Assembly (NCBI GenBank): GCA_963664305.2
Contig: CAXXLV010000002.1
Span: 96,001 to 160,000, forward strand
Length of the DNA: 64,000 nucleotides
DNA from: an uncultured Aliarcobacter sp.
GTDB lineage: Bacteria > Campylobacterota > Campylobacteria > Campylobacterales > Arcobacteraceae
Direction of reading: 5' to 3'
The notes beneath the pieces were generated by a model that did no database searches, was not told where the DNA came from, and saw only the letters and a list, made by a program, of their open reading frames with translations. Each line of letters opens with the position of its first letter. Position 1 is the stretch's first letter. Position numbers and translations under genes: made by a program. This document shows positions 1 to 10,042 of this stretch, one piece after another.

Positions 1-1
1 T

Positions 2-2926
2 GTTTATTCTGATGCTTGGGTAAATGTTTTAGAAAAAATAAAAAATAAAGAGCTTGATTTATTGGCTTGTGCTGCACAAACTCCTGATAGAGAAAAATAC
101 TTAAATTTTACAAAACCTTATTTGAATGTTGAAGTTGTTGTTGTAGGAAGAAAAGATTTAAAACTAAATAATTTTGATGAAATAAAAAATTATACAGTAG
201 CTGTTCAAAAAAATAATTATATACATGAAGACTTATCTAGAAAATTTCCAAATATTAAATTTTATTTTGTTAAATCAAATGAAGAGGCTTTTAAAGCTGT
301 ATCTTTTGGAAAAGCAGATTTTTATTTAGGTAATTTAGCTGTTGTTACATATTTTATAGAAAAAGATTTATTAACAAATTTGGAAATAAAAATGAAATCA
401 GATTTTGAAAGTGCAAAATTGTCAGTTGCAGTTTTAAAAGAAAAAAATATTTTATTTGATATCTTTCAAAAAGTTATTGATAATGTAAGTGAAGAAGAAA
501 AAAACAAAATCAATAGAAAATGGATATTTGAAGAGAACTCAAAAGAACAACTTATAAATTTTTCTAAAGAAGAATTAGAGTGGTTAAAACAAAATCCCGT
601 GATTTATTTAGCAGGTGATCCAAAGTGGCCACCATTTTCTTTTTATGAAGATGGAAAATATGTAGGAATAATTCCAGATATGTTGAATTTATTGAGAGAA
701 ATAAGTGGAATTAATTTTCAACATATAAATACAAATAGTTGGGAAGAGTCTGTAAAGTTACTAAAAGATGAAAAAGTAAAAATTCTTGATGCTGTAACTA
801 TTACTCCAAAGATGTCAAAAATGGTTGAATATACTTCAAAATATTTTTCTTCACAAATCGTAATTATTGGAAAGAAAAATAATGAAACATATATAAGTTC
901 ACTTAAAGATATTGAAAATATGGATAAAAAAGCATTAGGTTTGGTTGAAGGAAATTTTATAACTGAAATGATAAAAAGAGATAATCCTGACTTAGAGATA
1001 TTTGGAACTTTTAGAGATATTCCTGAAGGTTTAAAAGCATTATCAAGTGGAATGATAGACTATTTTGTTTTGGATGTTCCTACATTTGACTATTATAGTA
1101 AAGCATATAGTTTAAGCAATTTAAAAATTGTTGGAATTACTGGATATAACACAGAATATAGATTTGGGATTGATAAAAACTCTTTAATTTTAGTTTCAAT
1201 TATGAATAAAATATTGAAATATATTCCTCAAGATAGAAAAGATGAGATTTATAGAAAGTGGATAAGAATTGATAATAGTAAAAATATAGATTATGAATTG
1301 ATTTGGAAAATATTAGCTGTTTTTGTGGTGATTTTTGGACTTATATTTTATTGGAATAGAAAGTTACAAACAGAGATAAATGAAAAAGAAAAAGTTCAAA
1401 AAGAGTTAGAAGAAGAAAAAACTCATATAAAAGCTTTAAACGAAGAGTTAGAAAAAGCAAAAGAGGTAGCTGAAAATATTGCAAAACAAAAAAGTGAATT
1501 TTTAGCAAATATGAGTCATGAAATAAGAACTCCTATGAATTCAGTTATTGGATTTACAGAAATTTTGGATAAGGAGATAAAAAATCCTCTACATAAAGAG
1601 TATTTGAGTTCTATAAAAAAGGGTGGAAATTCTCTTTTGAGAATAATAAACGACATTTTAGATTTATCAAAAATAGAAGCTGGAAAATTAGAAATAAAAA
1701 ATGAGTCTTTAAATCCTACAAATTTATTTTTAGAAATAGAGTCTATTTTTCATTCTAAAATTATTAGTAAAAATATAACTTTTATTTTAGATATAGATAA
1801 AAATATACCTAAATATATAATAATTGATGGAGTAAGAATACGACAAGTTTTATTTAATTTAATCGGAAATGCAATAAAGTTTACAGAAAAAGGTCAAATA
1901 AAAGTAAAAGTTGAAAATCTATATAAAGATAATACAAAAAGTAAGATAGATTTGGTTTTTAGTGTTGAAGATACAGGTATTGGAATAGATGAAAAGAATT
2001 TAAAATCAATTTTTAACGCTTTTGAACAATCATCAAATCATGATGTTGCAAAATATGGAGGAACAGGTTTAGGTCTTGCCATTTGTGCAAAACTTGTTCA
2101 GATGATGAATGGAGAAATAAGTGTTTCAAGTCAAAAAAATAGAGGTTCAGTTTTTAAAGTAATATTAAAAGATATTCCAGTTAGCTCTATTGAAGAGGAG
2201 ATTGTAAGTAGTAAAATATCTTCTTCAAATATAGTTTTTGAAAAATCACAAATTTTGGTTGTTGATGATGTTGAAGAGAATAGAAATTTAGTAAAGGCAA
2301 GTTTAAAAGATTTTGATATAAATTTAATAATGGCTCAAAATGGTCAAGAAGCTTTAGCTAAACTAAAAAATGTAAATGTTGATTTAATACTTATGGATTT
2401 AAGAATGCCAGTAATGGATGGATATGAAGCTGCAACTATAATCAAAAAAGATGAAAGATTAAAAAATATTCCTTTGATTGCATTAACAGCATCTGTAATG
2501 GGAAAAGATTTAGAAAAAGTAGAAAAATATGGATTTGATGGATATTTGAGAAAACCAGTTATTTTAGATGATTTGATAGAAGAATTAGGTAAATATTTAA
2601 AATATTACTTTTTAGATAATGATATTATTGAAAAAGATAAAAATGAGATTTTAGATATTGATAAATTAAAACTTGTAATACAAAAATTAGAAAATGGGCT
2701 AAAAGAAGAGTGGTTAAGTATAAAAGACGGAGGAGATTTTTCTTTAATTGAAGAGTTTGCTCAGAAATTAAATCAATTATCAATAGAAAAAGATATTTAT
2801 ATACTAAAAGATTATTCAAATGAGTTATTAAAAAATATTGAAGCTTTTGATATTGAAAAAGTTGATTATTTAATGAATAGTTATATGGAATTAATAAACA
2901 ATTTAAAGGTAAAACTTGGAAACTGA
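2..2926 (+). CDS. Hybrid sensor histidine kinase/response regulator with tandem periplasmic PBPb (family 3 SBP-like) domains, BvgS/EvgS-like architecture; 5' end lies outside the window
   Basis: Frame is open from position 2 through the TTG at 62. TM segment ILAVFVVIFGLIFYWN, H-box FLANMSHEIRTPMN, N-box QVLFNLIGNAIKFT, G-boxes DTGIGI and GGTGLGLAI, receiver domain ILVVDD...LMDLRMPVMDG. Confidence 0.92.
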   Translation, partial: VYSDAWVNVLEKIKNKELDLLACAAQTPDREKYLNFTKPYLNVEVVVVGRKDLKLNNFDEIKNYTVAVQKNNYIHEDLSRKFPNIKFYFVKSNEEAFKAVSFGKADFYLGNLAVVTYFIEKDLLTNLEIKMKSDFESAKLSVAVLKEKNILFDIFQKVIDNVSEEEKNKINRKWIFEENSKEQLINFSKEELEWLKQNPVIYLAGDPKWPPFSFYEDGKYVGIIPDMLNLLREISGINFQHINTNSWEESVKLLKDEKVKILDAVTITPKMSKMVEYTSKYFSSQIVIIGKKNNETYISSLKDIENMDKKALGLVEGNFITEMIKRDNPDLEIFGTFRDIPEGLKALSSGMIDYFVLDVPTFDYYSKAYSLSNLKIVGITGYNTEYRFGIDKNSLILVSIMNKILKYIPQDRKDEIYRKWIRIDNSKNIDYELIWKILAVFVVIFGLIFYWNRKLQTEINEKEKVQKELEEEKTHIKALNEELEKAKEVAENIAKQKSEFLANMSHEIRTPMNSVIGFTEILDKEIKNPLHKEYLSSIKKGGNSLLRIINDILDLSKIEAGKLEIKNESLNPTNLFLEIESIFHSKIISKNITFILDIDKNIPKYIIIDGVRIRQVLFNLIGNAIKFTEKGQIKVKVENLYKDNTKSKIDLVFSVEDTGIGIDEKNLKSIFNAFEQSSNHDVAKYGGTGLGLAICAKLVQMMNGEISVSSQKNRGSVFKVILKDIPVSSIEEEIVSSKISSSNIVFEKSQILVVDDVEENRNLVKASLKDFDINLIMAQNGQEALAKLKNVNVDLILMDLRMPVMDGYEAATIIKKDERLKNIPLIALTASVMGKDLEKVEKYGFDGYLRKPVILDDLIEELGKYLKYYFLDNDIIEKDKNEILDIDKLKLVIQKLENGLKEEWLSIKDGGDFSLIEEFAQKLNQLSIEKDIYILKDYSNELLKNIEAFDIEKVDYLMNSYMELINNLKVKLGN

Positions 2927-3320
2927 AAGTAAAATATTAATAGTTGATGATATTCCTAAAAATATCCAAATGGCAATGAATATTTTAAAAAATGAAGGTT
3001 ATAAAATGTTCTATGCAAAAAGTGGAGAAATGGCACTAAAACTTATAAATGAACACAATTTTGATTTAATATTATTAGATATTATGATGCCTGATATGAA
3101 TGGATTTGATGTTTGTGCAAAACTAAAAAATGATGAAAGAACTAAAAATATTCCAATAATTTTTTTATCTGGGAAAGATTCTTCTTCTGATATAGAACAA
3201 GCTTATGAAAGTGGTGGAATTGATTATGTTGTTAAACCTTTTATTAGAATTGAATTAATAACAAAAGCAAATTCTTATGTAAGATTAAAGCAATTAGAAG
3301 ACAAGTTTGCTAGTTTATAA
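2916..3320 (+). CDS. Single-domain response regulator (receiver only)
   Basis: ILIVDD, LLDIMMPDMNG, IIFLSG, DYVVKP motifs; overlaps the end of the upstream kinase (TTG start). Confidence 0.9.
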   Translation: METESKILIVDDIPKNIQMAMNILKNEGYKMFYAKSGEMALKLINEHNFDLILLDIMMPDMNGFDVCAKLKNDERTKNIPIIFLSGKDSSSDIEQAYESGGIDYVVKPFIRIELITKANSYVRLKQLEDKFASL

Positions 3321-3330
3321 AGGCTAAATT

Positions 3331-4473
3331 ATGCAGAAAAAATATGATAACAAGATTTTATTGGTTGATGATGATTTAAAGAATTTACAAGTTGCAATGA
3401 GTATTCTAAGAGATTATAATGTAATTTATGCTCAAAGTGGAGAAAAGGCTTTAGAATTATTAGAAAAAAATCAATTTGATTTAATTTTACTTGATGTTGT
3501 AATGCCTACAATGGATGGATATTATGTTTGTTCTAAAATTAAATCAAATGAAAAAACAAAAAAAATACCAGTAATTTTTTTAACAGTAAAAGATGATGAA
3601 AAAGATATAGTAAAAGGTTTTGAATTAGGTGCAGTTGATTATATAACAAAACCATTTTATAGTGAAGTATTGTTAAAAAGGGTAGAAGTTCATTTGAAAT
3701 TGGCAGCTGTCATGAAAGAATTAGAACTTGTAAATGAAAATCTAAATGAGAAAGTAAAAAATCAAGTTGAAGAATTAAGAGAAAAAGATAAGATTATAGT
3801 TCAACATTCAAAGATTAATGCAATGGCATCTATTATTGATGTTATTTCTTTACAATGGAAAGAACCAGTTGATAAAATCAAATTATATTTACAATCTTTA
3901 GATTTTAAGTTTTCAAATATACAAGAGTATAAATCAGATGAAACTTTTAAAAAAACTCTTGATGAGGTTAAGAAATTAGATGAAATTATGGGAGATTTTC
4001 ATAAGTTTTTTAATAATCAAAAAAATAAAGAAGAGGTTAATATAAAAGTATCTTTAGACAATGCAATTTTTTTATTAAAAGATGAATTGAATGAATTAAA
4101 TATAAAGTTAAGTATAAAAGGCGACAATTTAATCTCCTTAAATATTGTATTTGAAGAGATAAAACATATTTTTAGTAAACTAATTTCTAAATCAATAGAA
4201 AATTTTAAACTATCTAAATTATCAATAGAAAAAACTATAGATATATCTTTTCAAAATATTGAGAACTCTGTTTATATAATTTATGAAGATAACACAAATA
4301 ATTGTGATGATAATATGATTAAAAAATTTTTTGAATCGCCTAACTTATTTAAATATGATAATTTTGATTTAGGGTTTTATTTAGTAAAAGTTTTTGTTGA
4401 AAAAAATTTTGGTCTATTAAATATAGAAAAAATAGAAAATGGAATAAAATACACTATTAGATTTGATAGATAA
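3331..4473 (+). CDS. Receiver domain fused to a degenerate histidine-kinase-like (HisKA/HATPase) module
   Basis: N-terminal receiver (LLVDDD, LLDVVMP, DYITKP). C-terminal half follows the NtrB-like kinase layout but H-box reads ISLQWKEP and G-boxes are eroded. Confidence 0.8.
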   Translation: MQKKYDNKILLVDDDLKNLQVAMSILRDYNVIYAQSGEKALELLEKNQFDLILLDVVMPTMDGYYVCSKIKSNEKTKKIPVIFLTVKDDEKDIVKGFELGAVDYITKPFYSEVLLKRVEVHLKLAAVMKELELVNENLNEKVKNQVEELREKDKIIVQHSKINAMASIIDVISLQWKEPVDKIKLYLQSLDFKFSNIQEYKSDETFKKTLDEVKKLDEIMGDFHKFFNNQKNKEEVNIKVSLDNAIFLLKDELNELNIKLSIKGDNLISLNIVFEEIKHIFSKLISKSIENFKLSKLSIEKTIDISFQNIENSVYIIYEDNTNNCDDNMIKKFFESPNLFKYDNFDLGFYLVKVFVEKNFGLLNIEKIENGIKYTIRFDR

Positions 4474-4487
4474 AAGGAAAATATATA

Positions 4488-4850
4488 ATGAAATATAATG
4501 AATTAACAGATGAAGAAAAATATGTTATAGAAAATAAAGGAACAGAATATCCATTTACTGGGAAATATAATGATTTTTATGAAGAAGGAATTTTTACTTG
4601 TAAAAAATGTGATGCACCTTTATATAAATCAAGTGATAAATTTAAATCAGGTTGTGGATGGCCAAGTTTTGATGATGAAATAAAAGATGCAGTAAAAAGA
4701 ATTCCTGATAAAGATGGAAGAAGAATTGAAATAGTTTGTGCTTCTTGCGGAGGACATTTAGGTCATGTTTTTGAAGGTGAAGGTTTTACTGCAAAAAATA
4801 CAAGACATTGTGTAAACTCAATCTCTTTAAATTTCAAAAAGGCTGAATAA
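4488..4850 (+). CDS. msrB: Peptide-methionine (R)-S-oxide reductase
   Basis: GTEYPFTGKY, CKKC/CASC zinc motifs, SGCGWPSF, HLGHVF, RHCVNS. Confidence 0.96.
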   Translation: MKYNELTDEEKYVIENKGTEYPFTGKYNDFYEEGIFTCKKCDAPLYKSSDKFKSGCGWPSFDDEIKDAVKRIPDKDGRRIEIVCASCGGHLGHVFEGEGFTAKNTRHCVNSISLNFKKAE

Positions 4851-5344
4851 TGGAAAATCAAAATTTAAAAAAAGCATACTTTGCAGCTGGATGTTTTTGG
4901 GGAGTTGAATATCACTTTAAAAAATGTAAAGGTGTAATTAGTGCAATTTCAGGATATATGGGAGGGAATATTCCAAATCCTAGTTATGAAATGGTATGTA
5001 CAGGATTTACAGGACATTTAGAAGCAGTTGAAGTAACTTATGATGAAAATATTGTAAGTTTTGAAGAATTGACAAAACTATTTTTTGAAATACATGATTT
5101 TACTCAAGTAAATGGGCAAGGTCCTGATATTGGAAGTCAATATTTATCTGCTATATTTTATGTTGATACTGAGCAAAAAGATATAAGTGAAAAACTGATT
5201 TGTGAGTTAGAAAATAAAGGATTTAAAGTGGCTACTTCTCTTTATCCTTATGTGCCTTTTTATGAAGCGGAATTATATCACCAAGATTATTATGAAAGAC
5301 ACCAAAAGGTGCCTTATTGTCATAAGTATAGAAAGATTTTTTAG
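4850..5344 (+). CDS. msrA: Peptide-methionine (S)-S-oxide reductase
   Basis: FAAGCFWGVE active-site motif, QGPDIGSQY, AELYHQDYY. Confidence 0.96.
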   Translation: MENQNLKKAYFAAGCFWGVEYHFKKCKGVISAISGYMGGNIPNPSYEMVCTGFTGHLEAVEVTYDENIVSFEELTKLFFEIHDFTQVNGQGPDIGSQYLSAIFYVDTEQKDISEKLICELENKGFKVATSLYPYVPFYEAELYHQDYYERHQKVPYCHKYRKIF

Positions 5345-5679
5345 ATAGTACCTAAAATATAATAGATTGGTCTATTATCTAATTTTTGAAGTTTTACATT
5401 GTATTTATTTGCCCAGTGTGAAACTTCATTGTGGAATTCTTCTAAAATTTCCTCAGAATCATTTTCATCACATTTAATTTTTAAATAGTTTGATTTATTT
5501 GATAAACCAACATAGGCATTCATTTTTTTCAAATGGTCATTTAATGTTAAAATATGTTTTGCAAATTTATCAAAATCTATTGTTGATTCAATCATTTTCT
5601 CCGCTTGTTTTAATGAAGCTTCACTTTTTGAATAACCTAATTGAGATAATATTACTTCTGCTGATACATCTAATTGCAT
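5341..5679 (-). CDS. Hypothetical protein (112 aa)
   Basis: Clean ORF with AAGGA Shine-Dalgarno on the minus strand; converges on msrA with a 4-bp overlap; no motif recognised. Confidence 0.7.
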   Translation of the reverse strand: MQLDVSAEVILSQLGYSKSEASLKQAEKMIESTIDFDKFAKHILTLNDHLKKMNAYVGLSNKSNYLKIKCDENDSEEILEEFHNEVSHWANKYNVKLQKLDNRPIYYILGTI

Positions 5680-5817
5680 TTCATTCCTTAATTTTTAATT
5701 TTATATTATCAAATTTAGTTTTAATTATGATTAAAATTAAATGCTAAGAAATTATTTTTTGTCTATTTATTAAAGTTTTTATATGTTTTTTTGTAAGATA
5801 AAATAAAAAGGTTTTTT

Positions 5818-6132
5818 ATGTCAATACTATTAGAAATGAGTATGTTTCCAACTGATAAAAGTGAAAGTAAAAGTAAAGAAGTTTCAGAAGTTATAAAAAT
5901 AATAAGAGAAAGTGGGGTATCTTACCAACTTACAGCAATGGCAACAATTATTGAAACAAATACTTTAAAAGAGGCTTTAGAATTAGTTGAAAAATGTTAT
6001 TTAAGATTAGAAAAATTGGGTTGTAATCGAGTTTATTCAACACTCAAATTTGATATTAGAAAAGGTCATGAAAATAGATTAAAAACAAAAATTGAATCAG
6101 TTGAAAAATATATAGGAGAGGTTTCAAAATAG
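5818..6132 (+). CDS. MTH1187/YkoF-like thiamine-binding protein family
   Basis: About 100 aa with the family pattern EMSMFP...SKEVSEVIKII...YQLTAMATIIE...RVYSTLKFDIR...KIESVE. Confidence 0.8.
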   Translation: MSILLEMSMFPTDKSESKSKEVSEVIKIIRESGVSYQLTAMATIIETNTLKEALELVEKCYLRLEKLGCNRVYSTLKFDIRKGHENRLKTKIESVEKYIGEVSK

Positions 6133-6133
6133 T

Positions 6134-6706
6134 CTAAAAAAGACTTTTTTGAACACCAATATTTTCTTCCCCTAAAGCTTTTAATTTAAAACTAATTCGA
6201 TGAATATCGCTTCTTCCAAATTTTTTAATCGCTTCAATATGAGCTTTTGTTCCATATCCTTTATGTTTATGAAAATCATAATTTGGATAAAGTGATGAAA
6301 TTTCATCCATAAATCTATCTCTACTTACTTTTGCCAAAATTGAAGCTGCACTAACTTCTTTTATTGTTGCATCTGCTTTTATTTTGTGTTGTAGAGTAGA
6401 AATACCAAAAGAAGTATTCCCATCCATTAAAAATTCTTCACAAAACTCATTTAAATTTTCCATGATTTCTAAAATTGAATTTTTTAGACAAAAACTTATA
6501 CCTTTTTCATCTATCAAATTTGCATTTGAAAAGACTATATGATACTTTGATTTTTCAATAATCTCTTCATATAATTTTTCTCTTTTCTTTTCACTTAGAA
6601 CTTTTGAGTCATTTAATCCTTTTATATCTTCTAATAAAATAGCACCAGCTACAACTAAAGGTCCTGCAATTGGCCCACGTCCTGCTTCATCAATACCACA
6701 TAACAT
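6134..6706 (-). CDS. rnhB: Ribonuclease HII
   Basis: GIDEAGRGPIAGP, DSKVLSEKKRE, VSAASILAKVSRD, HKGYGT. Confidence 0.96.
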   Translation of the reverse strand: MLCGIDEAGRGPIAGPLVVAGAILLEDIKGLNDSKVLSEKKREKLYEEIIEKSKYHIVFSNANLIDEKGISFCLKNSILEIMENLNEFCEEFLMDGNTSFGISTLQHKIKADATIKEVSAASILAKVSRDRFMDEISSLYPNYDFHKHKGYGTKAHIEAIKKFGRSDIHRISFKLKALGEENIGVQKSLF

Positions 6707-6792
6707 ACAAAATCCTTATAATTATTAATTTATTATAACATTTATAAAAAAAACTATATAATGTATAAAATATTATATTATTTGGAAATAAA

Positions 6793-7895
6793 ATGAAAAA
6801 GAACTTTATTTTGATTATTATTTTAGTTCTTATTTCCTCAATCTTCTTTTATATTTTCTTTTATAAAAAAGAAGAAGTTATAAAAATCGGATTTGTTGGA
6901 GCATTAACTGCAAAATATTCTGTTTTGGGAAATGCTATGATGAATGGAATAGTTTTAGCTTTTGAAGAGGAAGATTTTCGAGTTAATGGCAAAAAAGTTG
7001 AGCTTATTTTTAAAGATGATAAAAAAGATATTGAATTAAATAAAAAAATTGTAAATGATTTTATAAATCAGGGAATAAAAATAGTCATAGGTAACGTAAC
7101 AAGTAGTATGACTAAAATATCAATGTCTATTATAAATCAACATTCTGATATGTTTTTAATTTCTGCTGCTTCTGCAAGTAATGAATTTTCTGGTATAGAC
7201 GACCAGTTTTTTAGAGTTCATGTTGCAAATAATGAACAAAGATTTTCAAGTTTTGTAGATTATATAAATGATTTAGGCTTTAAAAAAATTTATGGAATTT
7301 ATGATCCAGGAAATATAACTTACACAAAAGATTATTTGGAAAATTTTGAAAAAACTTATATAAATAAGGGTGGAGAAAAATTTATTCAATACTCAAAAAG
7401 TGATGATTTAGATTATTTAGTTCAAGATATAAAAGAAAAAAATCCTGATTTATTATTGATTTGTGCAAATTCAGTTGATGGTGCGAGAATTGTACAATAT
7501 TTAAGAATAAATGGTATTTCAACTCAAATTGCTTCATCTGAATGGGCAATGACTTCAACTTTTATTGAAAATAGTGGTAAATATAGTGAAGGAATAATTT
7601 TTAATATTGACTATGATGTAAATGCAAAAAATGAAAAATTTTTAAAATTTGTTAATAATTTTGAAAATAAATACAATATTTTCCCTTCAATGTATGCTGC
7701 AAAAGGTTATGAGTTAGCAAAAATTATAATAGAACTTTTAAAAATAGGAGAAGAGACAGAACTTAAAAAAATATTTTATTAAAAAAAGAGTTTGAAGGAC
7801 TTCAAAATACAATAATTTTTGATAGATTTGGAGATGTTGTAAGAGATTTTAATACCTTTAAAATTATTGATGGAAAGTTTGAGAAAATAAAATGA
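6793..7895 (+). pseudogene. LivJ/Peripla_BP_6-type solute-binding protein, frameshifted at an A7 tract (7765-7771); as sequenced it stops at 7782
   Basis: N-terminal TM anchor, IKIGFVGALTAKYS, IVIGNVTSSM. Adding one A at 7765-7771 continues the frame (NILLKKEFEGLQNTIIFDRFGDVVR...KIK) to TGA 7893-7895, which overlaps the next ATG as ATGA. Confidence 0.8.
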
Positions 7896-10042
7896 AAAGT
7901 GAAAAAAGTTTAAAAAAGGATATATTAAGTATATTGATATATTTTTCAATTTTTATTACTGTAATCATAAGTTTTATCTCATTAATAAATTTTTATTATT
8001 CAAAATTAACTATCGTTGAACATAATCAAAAACAGCTTTTATATCATATTGAATCAGAAGTAAATAAATATTTATCAAAAATATATGATTTATCTATTTA
8101 TTTAAAAGAAAATTATAAAGATACAAATAATAGTGTTTTAAAAAGTATTGTCGATACAAATAAAAATATTTCATCAATTTTAATTTTAGATGAGAATGGA
8201 ATTATAAAAGATTTTTATGCCACAACAAATTTAAATATTTATAAAGAATTTGACTATTCAAAACAAGAATATTATTCAAAATTTAAAAAAGATAAAAAAG
8301 ATTATTGGTCAAATGTTTTTTTATCTACAATTGATGATGAACCTTCAATCTCATATACTTTTAGAATGGATAATAAAGTTGTGGTTTTTGTAATAAAACT
8401 GACTGAAATCGCTGAATTTATTTCAAGATTTAAAACTCAAAATAATATTCACATGAGTAAAATATTTGATAAAAATGGAACTTTAATTTTAAATCCAAAT
8501 AATCCTGATTTAGTTTTACAAAGATTTAATGAAAATAGAAATGAAGTATTTACTAAATTGATTAATAAACTACCACCTTATAGCTTTACAATTTTTTATT
8601 CAAAGTTATTAGATGAAAATTTATATGGAACTTATACAACGATTGAAAAAACAGGTTGGAAAATCGTAATTAGTGAAAGTTATGATTCTATTTTAAAATC
8701 ATTAAATGGAATAGTTTTTATCATGTTTTTTGGCATGGTTTTATTTATTTCTTTAGCTATTATATTGTCTTTAAGAATTTCTAGAAGAGTTTTTAAATCT
8801 TTTGATGAGTTACAAAAAACAACTACAAGTATTGCAAATGGAAATTATAATATTTCTACAAATAACTCTTATTATAGTGAATTTAATATCTTATTAAATA
8901 GTTTTAATAAGATGAAAATAGAAATTGATAAAAGAGAAGAATCTTTAGAATCATCACTAAATAGTTTTAAAGTTTTATTTAATTCGACAATGGAAATTAT
9001 GATAATTCATGATAGAGGAATTTGCGTTGATGCAAATAATGTAGCAGTTAAATTTTTTCATTTGAAAAGTAAAGAAGAATTAATTGGAAAAAATCTTTTA
9101 GAATTTGTTGATGAAACTTATAAAGAACTATTAATAAAAAACTATAGAAAAAATACAACTCCTTATGAATTTGATGTAATTATAGATAATCAAAAATATA
9201 CTTGTTTAGGGCAAGGTAAATTTATCCATTTAGATAAAAAAATTTTCAAACTATCAACATTGATTGATATAACAGAGTTAAAAGATAAAGATAAATTACT
9301 TGCAAACCAATCAAAAATGGCTGCAATGGGAGAGATGATAGGAAATATTGCTCATCAATGGAGACAACCTTTAAGTCTAATAAGTACTTGTGCTAGTGGG
9401 ATAAAACTAGAAAAAGAGTATGGAGAAATGAGTAATGAAAGATTATTTGAATCTTTAGATTTGATAGTTGAAAATACTCAATATCTTTCAAAAACAATAG
9501 ATGATTTTAGAAATTATTTTAAAGCAGATAAAAGTCTTGAAGATTTTTGTGTTAATGATGGAATTGAAAAAGTTTTAAAACTTTTAAAATCTAGTTTGGA
9601 TAGTTATAATATAGAAGTTAGTACAACTTATGAAAATGATTTGAAAATAAATGCTTATCCAAATGAATTTTTACAGGTCATAATAAATATTATAAATAAT
9701 TCAAAAGATGCATTAATTAATCAAGATGTTAATAAAAGATTTATAAATATTAAAACTTATAAAAAAAGTGAAAATTGTTTTATAGAAATATCTGATAATG
9801 GAGGAGGAATTGATGAATCAATTATTTCAAAAGTTTTTGAACCATATTTTACTACAAAGCATCAATCTCAAGGAACAGGAATAGGCCTTTATATGTCACA
9901 TCAAATTATTGTTGAACATATGAAAGGTGATATTTTTGTGAAAAATATAGAATTTTCAAAGTTTGAAAATAGATATAAAGGGTGCACTATAACTTTAGTA
10001 ATTCCAAACAATGAAAAAATTACTTTAGATTTTCATATATAA
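7892..10042 (+). CDS. Sensor histidine kinase (dCache-like periplasmic domain, HAMP, PAS, HisKA, HATPase)
   Basis: Two TM helices flanking a roughly 240-aa periplasmic domain; H-box NIAHQWRQP; DNGGGI; PYFTTK; GTGIGLY. Confidence 0.92.
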   Translation: MKSEKSLKKDILSILIYFSIFITVIISFISLINFYYSKLTIVEHNQKQLLYHIESEVNKYLSKIYDLSIYLKENYKDTNNSVLKSIVDTNKNISSILILDENGIIKDFYATTNLNIYKEFDYSKQEYYSKFKKDKKDYWSNVFLSTIDDEPSISYTFRMDNKVVVFVIKLTEIAEFISRFKTQNNIHMSKIFDKNGTLILNPNNPDLVLQRFNENRNEVFTKLINKLPPYSFTIFYSKLLDENLYGTYTTIEKTGWKIVISESYDSILKSLNGIVFIMFFGMVLFISLAIILSLRISRRVFKSFDELQKTTTSIANGNYNISTNNSYYSEFNILLNSFNKMKIEIDKREESLESSLNSFKVLFNSTMEIMIIHDRGICVDANNVAVKFFHLKSKEELIGKNLLEFVDETYKELLIKNYRKNTTPYEFDVIIDNQKYTCLGQGKFIHLDKKIFKLSTLIDITELKDKDKLLANQSKMAAMGEMIGNIAHQWRQPLSLISTCASGIKLEKEYGEMSNERLFESLDLIVENTQYLSKTIDDFRNYFKADKSLEDFCVNDGIEKVLKLLKSSLDSYNIEVSTTYENDLKINAYPNEFLQVIINIINNSKDALINQDVNKRFINIKTYKKSENCFIEISDNGGGIDESIISKVFEPYFTTKHQSQGTGIGLYMSHQIIVEHMKGDIFVKNIEFSKFENRYKGCTITLVIPNNEKITLDFHI

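Noticed and set aside
7762..7782. Programmed -1 ribosomal frameshift as explanation for the SBP frameshift
   Set aside because: In-frame context CTT-AAA-AAA-ATA does not form a proper X-XXY-YYZ slippery heptamer, and no stimulatory structure is evident; an indel is simpler.
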